Of a DNA stretch of 64,000 nucleotides, positions 53,657-63,877 are shown piece after piece. Source of the stretch: Arenicellales bacterium (GTDB taxonomy: Bacteria; Pseudomonadota; Gammaproteobacteria; Arenicellales; JAJDZL01); contig CBDAUJ010000005.1 of the NCBI GenBank assembly GCA_965200545.1, forward strand, positions 25,585 to 89,584. The letters run 5' to 3'. Position numbers and translations under genes: made by a program. Under the pieces are notes generated by a model. That model had not been told where the DNA came from and did no database searches. It saw only the letters and a program-made list of their open reading frames with translations. How positions within the stretch are numbered: position 1 is the first letter of the stretch; every line of letters begins with the position of its first letter.

Positions 53657-54718
53657 TTGACTGCCGGCACGTTTTCCAATGACCGTCTGATCCGGGCGCT
53701 GCGACGCGAAAATGTCGATCGGACTCCGATCTGGATCATGCGTCAAGCCGGACGCTATCTGCCTGAATATCGCGCGACGCGCAAAAAAGCCGGCAGCTTT
53801 GTCAATCTGTGCCGCACACCGGAGCTCGCCTGCGAAGTGACACTGCAGCCGCTGGAGCGCTACCCGCTGGACGCGGCTATCATCTTTTCGGACATTCTGG
53901 TGATTCCCGATGCAATGGGCCTTGGCCTGGAGCTGGTCGAATCGGTTGGTCCGGTATTCCAGCGACCGATCGCCGCGGTCAGCGACATCAATCGCCTGCG
54001 GGTGCCTGATCCGCTTGATGAGCTCGGCTATGTGATGGATGCGGTACGCTTGACAGCACAGTCGCTTGATGGCAAAGTGCCGTTGATTGGATTTTGCGGC
54101 AGTCCCTGGACCCTGGCCGTCTACATGATCGAAGGCCGCTCCAAAACAAACTTTGAGAAAATTCGCTCGTTTGCGCGCCACCACCCCGCAGCGCTGCACG
54201 CCATGCTCGAGGTGCTTGCTGAGTCGGCAGCGGCATATCTGATTGCGAAAGTCGGCGCCGGCGCCTCAGCGCTCATGATATTCGACACTTGGGGGGGTCT
54301 GCTCGATACCGATCAGTATCACACGTTTTCGCTTCCATACATGCAGTATATTGTCAATGCAGTCGCTGATAAATTGCCATCGGTACCTTTGATTCTGTTC
54401 ACTAAAGATGCTGGAGATTGGCTTGACTCGATTGCCGCAACGGGCTGTTCAGCGATTGGTGTTGACTGGAATATCGATCTTGGAAAAGCACGCGAAGAGG
54501 TGGGAAGCAAAGTCGCCTTGCAAGGCAACCTGAATCCAGCGATACTGGAATTGAGCGAGCAGACTATTGTCACGCAAGCGAGCAAGGTATTGGCCAGTTT
54601 CGGATCTGGCAACGGCCATGTCTTTAACCTTGGTCATGGCATCACACCGAATATCGACCCTGGCAAAGTCAAAGTATTGATCGATGCAGTCCACGAACTC
54701 AGCGTCCAGTATCACTGA
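53657..54718 (+). CDS. hemE: Uroporphyrinogen decarboxylase
   Basis: W.MRQAGRYLPEY, FSDIL and FNLGHGI; start taken at the TTG right after the pyrF stop. Confidence 0.96.
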   Translation: MTAGTFSNDRLIRALRRENVDRTPIWIMRQAGRYLPEYRATRKKAGSFVNLCRTPELACEVTLQPLERYPLDAAIIFSDILVIPDAMGLGLELVESVGPVFQRPIAAVSDINRLRVPDPLDELGYVMDAVRLTAQSLDGKVPLIGFCGSPWTLAVYMIEGRSKTNFEKIRSFARHHPAALHAMLEVLAESAAAYLIAKVGAGASALMIFDTWGGLLDTDQYHTFSLPYMQYIVNAVADKLPSVPLILFTKDAGDWLDSIAATGCSAIGVDWNIDLGKAREEVGSKVALQGNLNPAILELSEQTIVTQASKVLASFGSGNGHVFNLGHGITPNIDPGKVKVLIDAVHELSVQYH

Positions 54719-55086
54719 AACCGCACGGCAGCGCCACTGACCCATAGCGACAAGCCAGACGCTTTCGCTTTTTGAAGGTTTCGATCAAGATGGCCTGCAA
54801 TCAGGCGCAGCATCGAGCACAACACGTCTGTCTTGCAAACCGATAAAACGGACCTTCAGATCGCCCGTGAATTGCGACAAAGTTGAGCCACGCAGCACAA
54901 TGGCCAGTGAGCCAATCAATAGGCTTGCACTTGTTTGGGGCTGAACACTGGAGAGCGACAGACGCTTGAGCCTGGCAATCATCTTGAACAAGAAGTTTGA
55001 TTGAACGCAGTCCTGCTGTCGGCCGGAAAACCGTCTCGGCATCAATGCTGACACCCGGAAAATCGGTCAGTCGAATGAGATTGAAT

Positions 55087-55473
55087 TTAACTGATCAACA
55101 AAGCCTGCAACGCGGCAAACGCTCCAACTGCCGCAACAATCATCGCTCCGGTACGAATTGTCAGTGTTTTTTCCAGATTGTCGAATCTGTTGTCTATCGC
55201 ACCAATTGCACCATGCAACTTGGCCATCTCGCCGTGCAACTCCGCCATCTCGCCGCGCAACTCCGCCATCTCGCCGCGCAACTCCGCCATCTCGCCGCGC
55301 AACTCAACACGAAGCTTTTCCAAATCGTCTTTCGTTGCAACATTGCTGACAAGATGCTCGTGAATCGTCCGTGCAATCCCTTCGGCCTGCTGCTTTTCGA
55401 ACGCATAATCATGCTCCAAATTCCGAGCAATCGAAAGCGTGTCATAGGCTTGAACTGCTAAACTTGATGCCAC
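55087..55473 (-). CDS. DUF1640/CCDC90-like coiled-coil protein with a C-terminal TM anchor
   Basis: DTL...L...F...QAE, VATKDDL, heptad repeats and a hydrophobic tail; AAGGAGG RBS before GTG 55473. Confidence 0.8.
   Translation of the reverse strand: MASSLAVQAYDTLSIARNLEHDYAFEKQQAEGIARTIHEHLVSNVATKDDLEKLRVELRGEMAELRGEMAELRGEMAELHGEMAKLHGAIGAIDNRFDNLEKTLTIRTGAMIVAAVGAFAALQALLIS
55215..55305. repeat. 21-bp tandem repeat (~4.3 copies) encoding LRGEMAE heptads
   Basis: gcaactccgccatctcgccgc three times exactly, plus one variant and one partial copy. Confidence 0.95.
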
Positions 55474-55713
55474 TGATTGCCTCCTTTGTTTCCAAAATAC
55501 GCCGTTCACGCGAACATCGCACCTTAACCCATGCGGGCTAGGCCTGCATCGCCCATATTCTACACAATTTGTCTGGACCGAATGCCAGTAGCAGATTTTT
55601 CTTTCCAGCGACCTTAAAGCGGACGCGATCGCAAAGGCAAAAATGATGAATGCGAAAAGAACTCAAATGAGCTTGCAGCCAAGATGCAGACAATTGCATC
55701 GCAAATCAGAGAT

Positions 55714-56628
55714 CTAAACTGAATGCAAATTGAATTCGCTTTCGGCTGCCGGCTTGCCGACGCAAACGACCCGACCTTCCTCAACCAGCTTGATGAGCGT
55801 CGCCTGCAATGTGCAGGCCGCCGCAGCATGCAGTGCAGTGTCAACATCAGCATATTGGACTGCCACCATGTCAGACACGGTCTTGAGCCCCTGCCTCAAG
55901 CTTGTGATCACTGCGTCTTCGCGCTCGCGGCGATGGGCGATCAGCGCATCGAGAAACTGCTCAGGTTCTGGAATCGGCGGGCCGTGCGTCGGGTAAAAAA
56001 TCTGATCACCGCAATGCTGGAGTCGCTTCAAGCTGTTGATGTACGCAGACATCGAACCATAGGGCGGAATGATTACTGTCGTTGACCATCCCATAACGTG
56101 ATCCCCAGTAAAAACGGCATTCTCCTCGCGCAGCCGAAAACAGAAATGGTTGGGCATATGCCCAGGCGTATGCACCGCTTCAAGTGTCCAGTCCGTACCT
56201 TTCAATACCTGTCCGTCTGCGAGTGCAATATCGGGCTGAAACAGATGATCAACCTCTTCTTCCACAATCGCCTCGGCGGGCGCATCGCTGGCCATGCCAA
56301 AATTGCTGAGTGCGCCATACACCGGCGCTTGGCATATTTTCTGCAGCACACGGGCAGCCGGTGAATGATCGTTATGGGTGTGCGTAACGACGATATGGGT
56401 GATGTTCTCATCCGCCAAACTGGCGACAATCGCTTCAATATGCTCGGTCTGCAGCGGACCCGGATCAATGACGGCCACATCGCCATGGCCAACGATATAA
56501 GTGCCAGTACCATGAAATGTGAATCGACTTGGGTTGTGCGCGACGATTCGTCGCACGCGCGGCGACACAAGAGAAATTTCACCGTAATTGAATGAATCCC
56601 GACGAACGAAGGGGATGACGGTTTTCAT
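55714..56628 (-). CDS. MBL-fold metallo-hydrolase (LACTB2-like)
   Basis: THTHNDH, HTPGH, GDHVM and P.HG. Confidence 0.9.
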   Translation of the reverse strand: MKTVIPFVRRDSFNYGEISLVSPRVRRIVAHNPSRFTFHGTGTYIVGHGDVAVIDPGPLQTEHIEAIVASLADENITHIVVTHTHNDHSPAARVLQKICQAPVYGALSNFGMASDAPAEAIVEEEVDHLFQPDIALADGQVLKGTDWTLEAVHTPGHMPNHFCFRLREENAVFTGDHVMGWSTTVIIPPYGSMSAYINSLKRLQHCGDQIFYPTHGPPIPEPEQFLDALIAHRREREDAVITSLRQGLKTVSDMVAVQYADVDTALHAAAACTLQATLIKLVEEGRVVCVGKPAAESEFNLHSV

Positions 56629-56691
56629 TATCGGGACTCTTGGCGGAGCCAGCGCGCTGCCGGGAGCTTTCGTCTGCCGCACATTGCAAAG

Positions 56692-57246
56692 CTACTCAAA
56701 GACGCGGTACAGCAAATGAGCGCGTCTTTTGGCACGTTTTTCACGCATCACTTCCCAAGCATCCGGAACCTGCAAACTTGCGCCCGATGTTTCGTATTCA
56801 ACATAAATCCTTGCGTCCAAATTGAGGCAGTGACCGCTGACAAGGCGATTTACGGCTTGCTGCAACAGATTCTGCGAGAACGGAGGGTCCAGAAAGACAA
56901 CGTCAAATCTTCGGTCACATGAGTACAGGTATCGCATTGCGTCACTGTATACGAATTCCAATGCATGCCCCTGCAATTGATCGGCATTGGTCTTGAGCTG
57001 CCTGATTACATGCGGCTTGTGATCCACGAAGACCACCGATTGCGCACCTCTTGAAGCCGCCTCAAAACCCAAAGCGCCGCTGCCGCCAAACAGGTCGAGG
57101 CAGCTTGCACCTTCTATGTTCGGGGCGAGCCAATTGAACAGTGTCTCGCGCAAGGCATCTGTAGTCGGCCGAATGCCTGAATTCGAATCGAACTCGATCA
57201 GCCGGCGGCGCCATTTGCCGCCAATAATTCTCAATTGCCCGCGCAT
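56692..57246 (-). CDS. rsmD: 16S rRNA m2G966 methyltransferase
   Basis: RIIGGKWR, RPT, RETLFNWL, GSGALGFEA.SRGA and DPPF. Confidence 0.95.
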   Translation of the reverse strand: MRGQLRIIGGKWRRRLIEFDSNSGIRPTTDALRETLFNWLAPNIEGASCLDLFGGSGALGFEAASRGAQSVVFVDHKPHVIRQLKTNADQLQGHALEFVYSDAMRYLYSCDRRFDVVFLDPPFSQNLLQQAVNRLVSGHCLNLDARIYVEYETSGASLQVPDAWEVMREKRAKRRAHLLYRVFE

Positions 57247-57717
57247 TGACTTGTCATTTTCTCAACTCATTTCGCATTCGGACGAGGTCGATGCGATCAA
57301 CTGCCGGGCCTGATGCAAGCGCCAGACTGCTGTCACCAAGATCAAAATTATAGAGCCGGGATATTTCACCTTTGCCGAATTCATTGCGGACTGTCATCCC
57401 GGCATGGGCCACATCCATTCACTTATTTCGCATCCAGCGGTGCAAGACATGTAACGGCGGCAATCAAAAACGATAAAATTACGCAATCAGCTGTTCTGCA
57501 AATTTCATTCGCTTGTTTCTGTCAGCCATGTATCAAAACCGTCCTGATGGCGGCACTGATACACGAATCGAGGATTCAGCAGAAAATGATTTCGGCTGAC
57601 AGGCACGACCGCAGCGCACTGTCTTTTTTTCACCCTGCAATGAGCGCGTCTTTTTGCGTCTTCGTCGGGCAGACCCCCTAAGCCGAACGACTCGTTGCAT
57701 CGCTCCCAGTTGCTTGA

Positions 57718-58659
57718 ATGACGGACTTTCCCTTGCCAGAGAAAGAAAAAAAGAAAAACCGCCTGTTTGAAGTTCTGGCTTCAACCCGCAAATCGATCAC
57801 CGCATCCGTGGCCGATCTGTTCACCGCTGGGAAAAAAATTCAAACCGTCGATTTTGAACGACTGCACGATACGCTGATTCTCAGCGATATCGGCATCGAC
57901 GCAGCCGATACGATCATGCAAACAGTCCAAGCTGCCAACAAAAGGTCTGCTTTCGACGGCGCTGCGCTTCGCGCTGAAGTACAGCAGGCAATCATCAATA
58001 TTCTCGAACCCTGTCAGCACCCGATCGATTTTGCAAAGCGCCGGGCGCGGGCCGTCGTCCTCATGGTCGGCGTCAACGGGGCCGGCAAAACCACAACCAT
58101 CGCAAAAATTGCCCGCTATTGCAGCCGCCAGAATCACAAAGTGATGCTTGCGGCCTGCGACACCTACAGACCGGCCGCGATCGAACAGCTGCAGCACTGG
58201 GGAAATCAGCTTGAACTGCCGGTTATCGCTCAATCGGCCGGTACCGACCCCGCCGCAGTTGCGCATGACGCCATGCATGCCGCGGCCGCGCGCGACTGCT
58301 CGATCCTGCTGATTGATACCGCCGGGCGACAGCAGACGCGTGATGACCTGATGCGGCAGCTTGACAAAATCCGACGCGTGATTGCCAAGATCGAGCCATC
58401 TGCACCGCATGAAACGCTGATCACCATTGATGCCGGCACCGGCCAGAATGGCTTCTCGCAAGTCGAGGCATTTCATTCTCACTGCCCGCTGACCGGTTTG
58501 TGTCTGACCAAGCTTGACGGCACTGCCAAAGGCGGCATTGCGGTCGCCTTGACCATGAAATATTCGCTGCCCGTGTATTTTGTCGGACTGGGCGAGAAAG
58601 TAGACGATCTTGAATTGTTTGATCCGCACGCCTACACTCATTCTCTATTTGATTCGTGA
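57718..58659 (+). CDS. ftsY: SRP receptor FtsY (NG domain, no long acidic N-domain)
   Basis: GVNGAGKTTT, DTAGR and TKLDGTAKGG. Confidence 0.95.
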   Translation: MTDFPLPEKEKKKNRLFEVLASTRKSITASVADLFTAGKKIQTVDFERLHDTLILSDIGIDAADTIMQTVQAANKRSAFDGAALRAEVQQAIINILEPCQHPIDFAKRRARAVVLMVGVNGAGKTTTIAKIARYCSRQNHKVMLAACDTYRPAAIEQLQHWGNQLELPVIAQSAGTDPAAVAHDAMHAAAARDCSILLIDTAGRQQTRDDLMRQLDKIRRVIAKIEPSAPHETLITIDAGTGQNGFSQVEAFHSHCPLTGLCLTKLDGTAKGGIAVALTMKYSLPVYFVGLGEKVDDLELFDPHAYTHSLFDS

Positions 58660-59348
58660 TGCGATCTTCCAAGACTTCAATCCTCCACTTTTCCAACGTG
58701 ACCAAGCAGTATGCAAACGGGCATCTGGCGCTGCGCAATGTGAACTTCATTCTAAACTCTGAACAGCTGGTTTTTCTGACCGGTCATTCGGGCGCTGGAA
58801 AAACCTCCGTGATTCGCCTGATTACACGCGAGGAGCAGCCGACCCAGGGACACGTATTTGTCAATGGCCAGAATCTGTCAACGCTTTCGCACCGCGCAAC
58901 GGCGCTGTATCGGCGAACCATCGGCGTCGTTCACCAGGACCATAAGCTGCTGGACGATCGAACGGTTCGCGAGAATGTCGCCTTGCCGCTGCTGATCGCC
59001 AATATGCGCATGGCAAAAATACAGCGCCAGATTTCAGCATCGCTGGAAATGGTCGGGCTTGAAGGCACCGAAGCTGCATTCCCGAGGCAGCTTTCTGGCG
59101 GGGAGCAGCAGCGCGTCGGCATCGCCCGCGCGATTGTCGGGCGGCCGCGCCTGATTCTTGCAGACGAGCCGACCGGCAACCTCGATGCAAATCTGAGCGA
59201 CGACATCATGGATATTTTTCGCAACTTGGTTCACTATCGAACCACCATTCTGATTGCAACCCATGAGTATCGACATTTCAGAAACAGAACCTCGCCGGTT
59301 CTGGAACTTGAAAATGGCAGTCTCAGTCCCGCCAGCCTGGGGCGTTAG
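58656..59348 (+). CDS. ftsE: Cell division ATP-binding protein FtsE
   Basis: [17 protein letters not shown] and ADEPTGNLD. Confidence 0.93.
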   Translation: MMRSSKTSILHFSNVTKQYANGHLALRNVNFILNSEQLVFLTGHSGAGKTSVIRLITREEQPTQGHVFVNGQNLSTLSHRATALYRRTIGVVHQDHKLLDDRTVRENVALPLLIANMRMAKIQRQISASLEMVGLEGTEAAFPRQLSGGEQQRVGIARAIVGRPRLILADEPTGNLDANLSDDIMDIFRNLVHYRTTILIATHEYRHFRNRTSPVLELENGSLSPASLGR

Positions 59349-59351
59349 CGC

Positions 59352-60263
59352 ATGCTGAATTTTTTCCTTTCGCCTTTAGCCACTCTCGCACACTGCTGGC
59401 TCCGCATCTTCAAAGCGCCAGGCTCGACGATATTCACAGTCGTGACGGTGGGGGTCATTCTCAGTCTGCCGGCGGCATTTTTCTTGTTCTCCGCCAACTT
59501 GAAACAAATCACGGATGAACTGGAAGAAGCGGCAGAAATAACCTTGTTCCTGTCGAACGATGCGTCGCCCAGCGAGGTTGAGACATTGTTTCAGCAGATC
59601 GTGGCGCTGCCGCAAATCGATGCGGCTGAAATAATTTCTGAGGACGAAGCGCTGGAAAATTTCAAGACGCTGACCGGACTGTACTCCATAATTGAGTTCA
59701 TACCCGAAAACCCGCTGCCCAAAGCAATTGCGGCAAAACCTGCGGGCGACTTTTCGAAAGTTGAGAGCATCCAGCAGCTCAATCAGCAGTTTCTCGCCAT
59801 GCCGTTAGTGGATGCAGTCGATATCGATTTGCTGTGGGTTCAGCGGCTGTTCGCGATTGTCAAACTGCTGCGGATCGTGTTCTATTCCATTGCAGGACTG
59901 CTGCTTGCAATTGCTACGCTTTTGATATGCAACACCACTCGCATCGCAATCGCCTCACGCGCAGACGAAATTTTCATTCTTCAGCTGATTGGCGGCACCA
60001 GCAGGTTTGTCCGCCGCCCATTTATCTATACCGCGGTCATGCAGAGCATGATGGGCACTGCGCTCGCCTGCGGCATCGTCGAAACACTGCGACATTTCAT
60101 TGCCCAGCCGATCCAGGCTATTGCAACACTCTACAACAGTGATTTCGAATTGATTGGCCTTTCCCCGCAATTCATCGGCATTTGCGTCTTGTCGGTCGCT
60201 TTTTTGACGTGGGCATCGGCGCGGGTCGTCATCAGTTTTTACTTGCGTCAGTCGCGTGAATAA
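59352..60263 (+). CDS. ftsX: Cell division permease FtsX
   Basis: Four TM segments, ENPLP and L.G.T..FVRRPF.Y. Confidence 0.92.
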   Translation: MLNFFLSPLATLAHCWLRIFKAPGSTIFTVVTVGVILSLPAAFFLFSANLKQITDELEEAAEITLFLSNDASPSEVETLFQQIVALPQIDAAEIISEDEALENFKTLTGLYSIIEFIPENPLPKAIAAKPAGDFSKVESIQQLNQQFLAMPLVDAVDIDLLWVQRLFAIVKLLRIVFYSIAGLLLAIATLLICNTTRIAIASRADEIFILQLIGGTSRFVRRPFIYTAVMQSMMGTALACGIVETLRHFIAQPIQAIATLYNSDFELIGLSPQFIGICVLSVAFLTWASARVVISFYLRQSRE

Positions 60264-60524
60264 ACGGCGCCGCGAGCTTGCGATGCGCATCCCGCGCCGA
60301 TGCTGAATCGCATTTTGATTGATTTGCACTGGGTGCCGAACTTGCGCGGTCTCGCAGTGCGCCTGCCGCAGAATATCCCCGCTCTACAGGCCTGCTGCGC
60401 ACACCCCCAAGCACCTGCCTGCGAGCGCCGCGGGCGGAGCAGCTCATTGAGTCCGCTGTGATTTCTTTTGCGCCTTGAAGCCGCCGCCATTCACAGACAG
60501 ATCGGGATGAAACAAAATAAAATA

Positions 60525-60551
60525 TTAGCACTCTAACAGAATGAGTGCTAA
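60525..60551 (+). promoter_or_regulatory. CIRCE element (HrcA operator)
   Basis: Exact TTAGCACTC-N9-GAGTGCTAA, 43 bp upstream of the rpoH start. Confidence 0.95.
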
Positions 60552-60594
60552 AATAGGCATCGAAACAACAATACTGAATGTATAGAATTTTGTC

Positions 60595-61461
60595 ATGAGT
60601 GAGAGTTATCCAATTTCATTGACCGTCCGAAACGGTGAATTAGCGAGTTATTTCGATTCAATCAACGCGCAGCCGATGCTGACCGCTGAGGAAGAGTTTG
60701 ATTTGGCGACCCGTTATTATGAAAACGAAGACTTAGATGCCGCCCGTCAGCTGATCCTCTCGCATCTGCGATTTGTGGTCAAGGTCGCCAGAGGCTTCGT
60801 CGGCTATGGGATTCCTTTGGCTGACCTGATTCAGGAAGGCAATGTCGGCCTGATGAAGGCCGTCAAGCGTTACAACCCAAATCGCAACGTTCGACTGGTT
60901 GGATTCGCAGTGCACTGGATCAAAGCGCAGATTTATGACTTTATCCTGCGCAACTGGAAGATCGTGCGCATTGCAACCACAGCAGCCCATCGGAAACTGT
61001 TTTTCAACTTGCGAAAGTTTCGCTCCGGCCTGGACTCCATGAGCGAGAAAGAAGCGCAGAAGCTCTCAGAAGAGCTGGATGTGCCGATCGAAGCGGTGCG
61101 CGAGATGGAAATGAGAATTGACGGAACAGCGGTATCGTTTGATGCCGACTACGATGATGACGGCGACGAGACAAATTTTGCGCCGTCGGCCTATCTAGGC
61201 GACCGAACCTACAATCCCGAAGACGTTTACAGCGTCAACTGGGAAGAATCGAATCGTCAGCAGCAGATCGAGACGGCTATGAATTCACTGGATGAGCGAA
61301 GCCGCAGCATCGTGGCGCGACGCTGGATGGCTGAGGAGAAAGCCACTTTGCAAGAGCTGGCCGACGAATACGGCGTAACCGCCGAGCGTATTCGGCAGAT
61401 TGAAGACAAGGCCATGAAAAACATGCGTCGGTCAATCGAAAAATCACAGCTGGTGCACTAG
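60595..61461 (+). CDS. rpoH: RNA polymerase sigma-32
   Basis: DLIQEGNVGLMKAV, RpoH box RKLFFNLR and ERIRQIE; follows ftsYEX. Confidence 0.96.
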   Translation: MSESYPISLTVRNGELASYFDSINAQPMLTAEEEFDLATRYYENEDLDAARQLILSHLRFVVKVARGFVGYGIPLADLIQEGNVGLMKAVKRYNPNRNVRLVGFAVHWIKAQIYDFILRNWKIVRIATTAAHRKLFFNLRKFRSGLDSMSEKEAQKLSEELDVPIEAVREMEMRIDGTAVSFDADYDDDGDETNFAPSAYLGDRTYNPEDVYSVNWEESNRQQQIETAMNSLDERSRSIVARRWMAEEKATLQELADEYGVTAERIRQIEDKAMKNMRRSIEKSQLVH

Positions 61462-61506
61462 ATCTGATTCAGCATCAAGGCGATTGTCCAGCAAGCAAAT
61501 GAATAC

Positions 61507-61535
61507 AGCGCGGCAACCTCGCCGCGCTTTCATTT
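61507..61535 (+). terminator. Hairpin terminator between the convergent rpoH and argF genes
   Basis: Stem agcgcggc / gccgcgct followed by ttcattt. Confidence 0.6.
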
Positions 61536-61562
61536 ATGCGCTGTGACCACTGTTCGGCAAGC

Positions 61563-62462
61563 TCACTGAATCAACAATTCGATTAAAGCTTTTTGGGCGT
61601 GCAAGCGGTTCTCTGCTTCTCGCCAGACAACACTTTGCGGTCCATCAATCACTTGGGCATCAACCTCAAGTCCGCGATAAGCCGGCAGGCAATGCATGAA
61701 AACAGCGTCTTTTGCCGCGCCTGCCATAATTGCGCTGGTGACACGGAATGCCTCAAAGGCTTGCATGCGCTGGTGTTTTTCTTGCTCCTGCCCCATGCTG
61801 ATCCAGCAATCGGTGACTACCGCGTCGGCTCCGGCAGCTGCCGCTGTCGGACTGTCAACCACCTCCACCCAATTGGGATTCAGGTTGGAGACTAAAGACC
61901 ACTTGGGCGGGTACTCGGGCGGTGTGCAGATCTTCAGATGAAATCCCATCAGCGAAGCCGCCATAGCCCAAGTCACGCACATGTTGTTGCCATCGCCAAT
62001 CCATGCCACTTTCAGGTCATGGAGAGTTGTCCTTATTTCAATCAAAGTCAGCAGGTCAGCCAGCAGCTGACAGGGATGGTAGGCATCGCTCAAGCCGTTG
62101 ATCACAGGCACTTGGGACAATTGCGCATACGTTGCTGCGGTCGCATGCGCAGCCGTTCGGGTCACAACAATATCCACCATGGATGACAGAACCCGTGCGG
62201 TGTCCTCTGCCGACTCGCCGCGCTGCAGCTGACTGTCGGTTTGATTGAGAAACAGCGAGCGGCCGCCAAAATGATTCGCGGCGACTTCAAACGAGACGCG
62301 GGTGCGGGTTGAGGACTTTTCAAACACCAGCGCAAGCGTACGGTTGGCCATGATTTGCGGGCACTTCCGCTGTGTGCGCCACAATTGTTTCAGTTCAATG
62401 CTTCTGGCGAGCAGCTGCTGGATTTGCTCTGCTTCCAGATCGATGAGCGTCAGGAATTGCAA
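61563..62462 (-). CDS. argF: Ornithine carbamoyltransferase
   Basis: FEKSSTRTR, HPCQ, W.SMG and HCLP. Confidence 0.96.
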   Translation of the reverse strand: MQFLTLIDLEAEQIQQLLARSIELKQLWRTQRKCPQIMANRTLALVFEKSSTRTRVSFEVAANHFGGRSLFLNQTDSQLQRGESAEDTARVLSSMVDIVVTRTAAHATAATYAQLSQVPVINGLSDAYHPCQLLADLLTLIEIRTTLHDLKVAWIGDGNNMCVTWAMAASLMGFHLKICTPPEYPPKWSLVSNLNPNWVEVVDSPTAAAAGADAVVTDCWISMGQEQEKHQRMQAFEAFRVTSAIMAGAAKDAVFMHCLPAYRGLEVDAQVIDGPQSVVWREAENRLHAQKALIELLIQ

Positions 62463-62493
62463 TTGAGAGCGAATTTTCGAATTGAATAGAAAT

Positions 62494-62541
62494 GAAAAAG
62501 GACGCAGTCCGCGGCGCCGACCGCGTCAGACTGCGTCCTTT
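62494..62541 (-). terminator. Terminator hairpin after the PuuD-like gene
   Basis: 13-bp stem aaaggacgcagtc / gactgcgtccttt. Confidence 0.65.
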
Positions 62542-62563
62542 GAATCAAGTCGTATGTGTCGTT

Positions 62564-63055
62564 CTAGCTGAACATGCCCATGTGCGCCAGCGATCCGGTC
62601 ACCATGAAAAACAGCATCGGAATCGACAGCATGGTATTCGTTCGAGATGCCAGAAGCGCAATCCGCGCCGCTTTGGCTTTTTCCGCATCGGAGGCTTCGA
62701 CCATACCCAGAACTTTTCTCTGGTTCGGCCAGATCAGCACCCAGACGTTGAACAGCATGATGGTCCCAAGCCACGCTCCGATGCCAAGATAGGCATGCGG
62801 CCCCTGCAGCGTAAAGGCATCAGCGAACGTGCCGGTGCGCAGCAGATAGTAAGCTCCAGTCAGCCAAGTGGCGATCGCTGCCCATCGAAACCATAGCAGG
62901 GCTCGCGGTGCAATATGCTTGGTAATTCCGGCGGCGGTACCGTCCGCTTTCGCTTTAGCCAGCCCCGGAACTTGCACAAAGTTAAAGTAATACAGCAACC
63001 CGATCCACGTTATGCCAGCCAATATGTGCAGCCAGCGATCAATTAATAGATCCAT
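62564..63055 (-). CDS. PuuD/Urate_ox_N-like membrane protein (no cytochrome c domain)
   Basis: RWLH..AGI.WIG.LYYFN, WFRW.A..TW..G, NVW..IWPNQ and SR.NT.LS.P. Confidence 0.8.
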   Translation of the reverse strand: MDLLIDRWLHILAGITWIGLLYYFNFVQVPGLAKAKADGTAAGITKHIAPRALLWFRWAAIATWLTGAYYLLRTGTFADAFTLQGPHAYLGIGAWLGTIMLFNVWVLIWPNQRKVLGMVEASDAEKAKAARIALLASRTNTMLSIPMLFFMVTGSLAHMGMFS

Positions 63056-63115
63056 TTGAACACCTTAGATGATTTATCGTTCTACATCAATCAAGCATCA
63101 GCCAACACCCTGAAT

Positions 63116-63217
63116 CTAACCCAAAGGTAGAAAGCCGTTGGCAAACAAATACAGTATGAAAGTCAGTACAAAACCGGCAATAATGGTACCGGCTACCGAA
63201 TCTAGCGGATTTTTCAT
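63116..63217 (-). CDS. 33-aa single-TM peptide upstream of the PuuD-like gene
   Basis: MKNPLDSVAGTIIAGFVLTFILYLFANGFLPLG*; AGGAGA RBS; below the ORF-track cutoff. Confidence 0.7.
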   Translation of the reverse strand: MKNPLDSVAGTIIAGFVLTFILYLFANGFLPLG

Positions 63218-63532
63218 GGTTTTCTCCTGAGGATGATGAAGTTGGAATCACGTGCACTCAAATATGCACCGGACACACATTCATTAGGCTCAATTTTAAT
63301 TCAATTGGACCGCCTGCGAATAACATTCTAAACGTCAGAATCTTTTTTCCAGCGCTTTTGGCTCGCCTTGCATGAGTCAAAGCGGCTTGAGGGTGATTCG
63401 AGCCTCGCCTGCTGCAGCCTGTGCACTCAGTCTTTTCGTTCCAAGCAAAACTGTTAAAATCTAACGCTGAAATCAGGTTCTGTTGTCGGATTTCTTCTAT
63501 CTCAAATCAATGACTCGGAGCACGAGAACGAA

Positions 63533-63877
63533 ATGGCAGAAAAAAAGAAAAAAATGTATCGCATTGTGTTTCACAGCCAATCGAAAGTATATGAGCTGTA
63601 CGCACGATATGTACATCAAAGCGATATGTATGCTTTTATTGAAGTCGAGGAAATCGTGTTTGGCGAAAACTCGCAGCTGGTCGTCAATCCAGGCGAAGAG
63701 CAGCTGAAGAGCCAGTTTGGCGGTGTCAGCCGCACATATATTCCGATTCATTCGGTAATTCGCATCGATCAGGTCGAAAAAGAAGGCACGGCCAAAGTTC
63801 ATTCTGGTGTCGAAAAAGGGGTTGTGACACCTTTTCCCATGCAATTTCACCCGCCGGAAGGCATGAGCAAGGATTGA
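63533..63877 (+). CDS. DUF1820 family protein
   Basis: Y...F....KVYELYA, F.EVE...F, P.EE.LK..F.GV.R..IP...V.RID.V...G. Confidence 0.85.
   Translation: MAEKKKKMYRIVFHSQSKVYELYARYVHQSDMYAFIEVEEIVFGENSQLVVNPGEEQLKSQFGGVSRTYIPIHSVIRIDQVEKEGTAKVHSGVEKGVVTPFPMQFHPPEGMSKD

Noticed and set aside
55215-55305. Possible CRISPR array
   Set aside because: The repeats are contiguous, without spacers, and in frame in a CDS; no cas genes or spacer arrays were seen in the window.
57250-57717. Long rsmD-ftsY intergenic region, and GC-rich 60264-60520, as possible ncRNAs
   Set aside because: No recognisable RNA family motif or convincing long stem; an Rfam scan would be needed.
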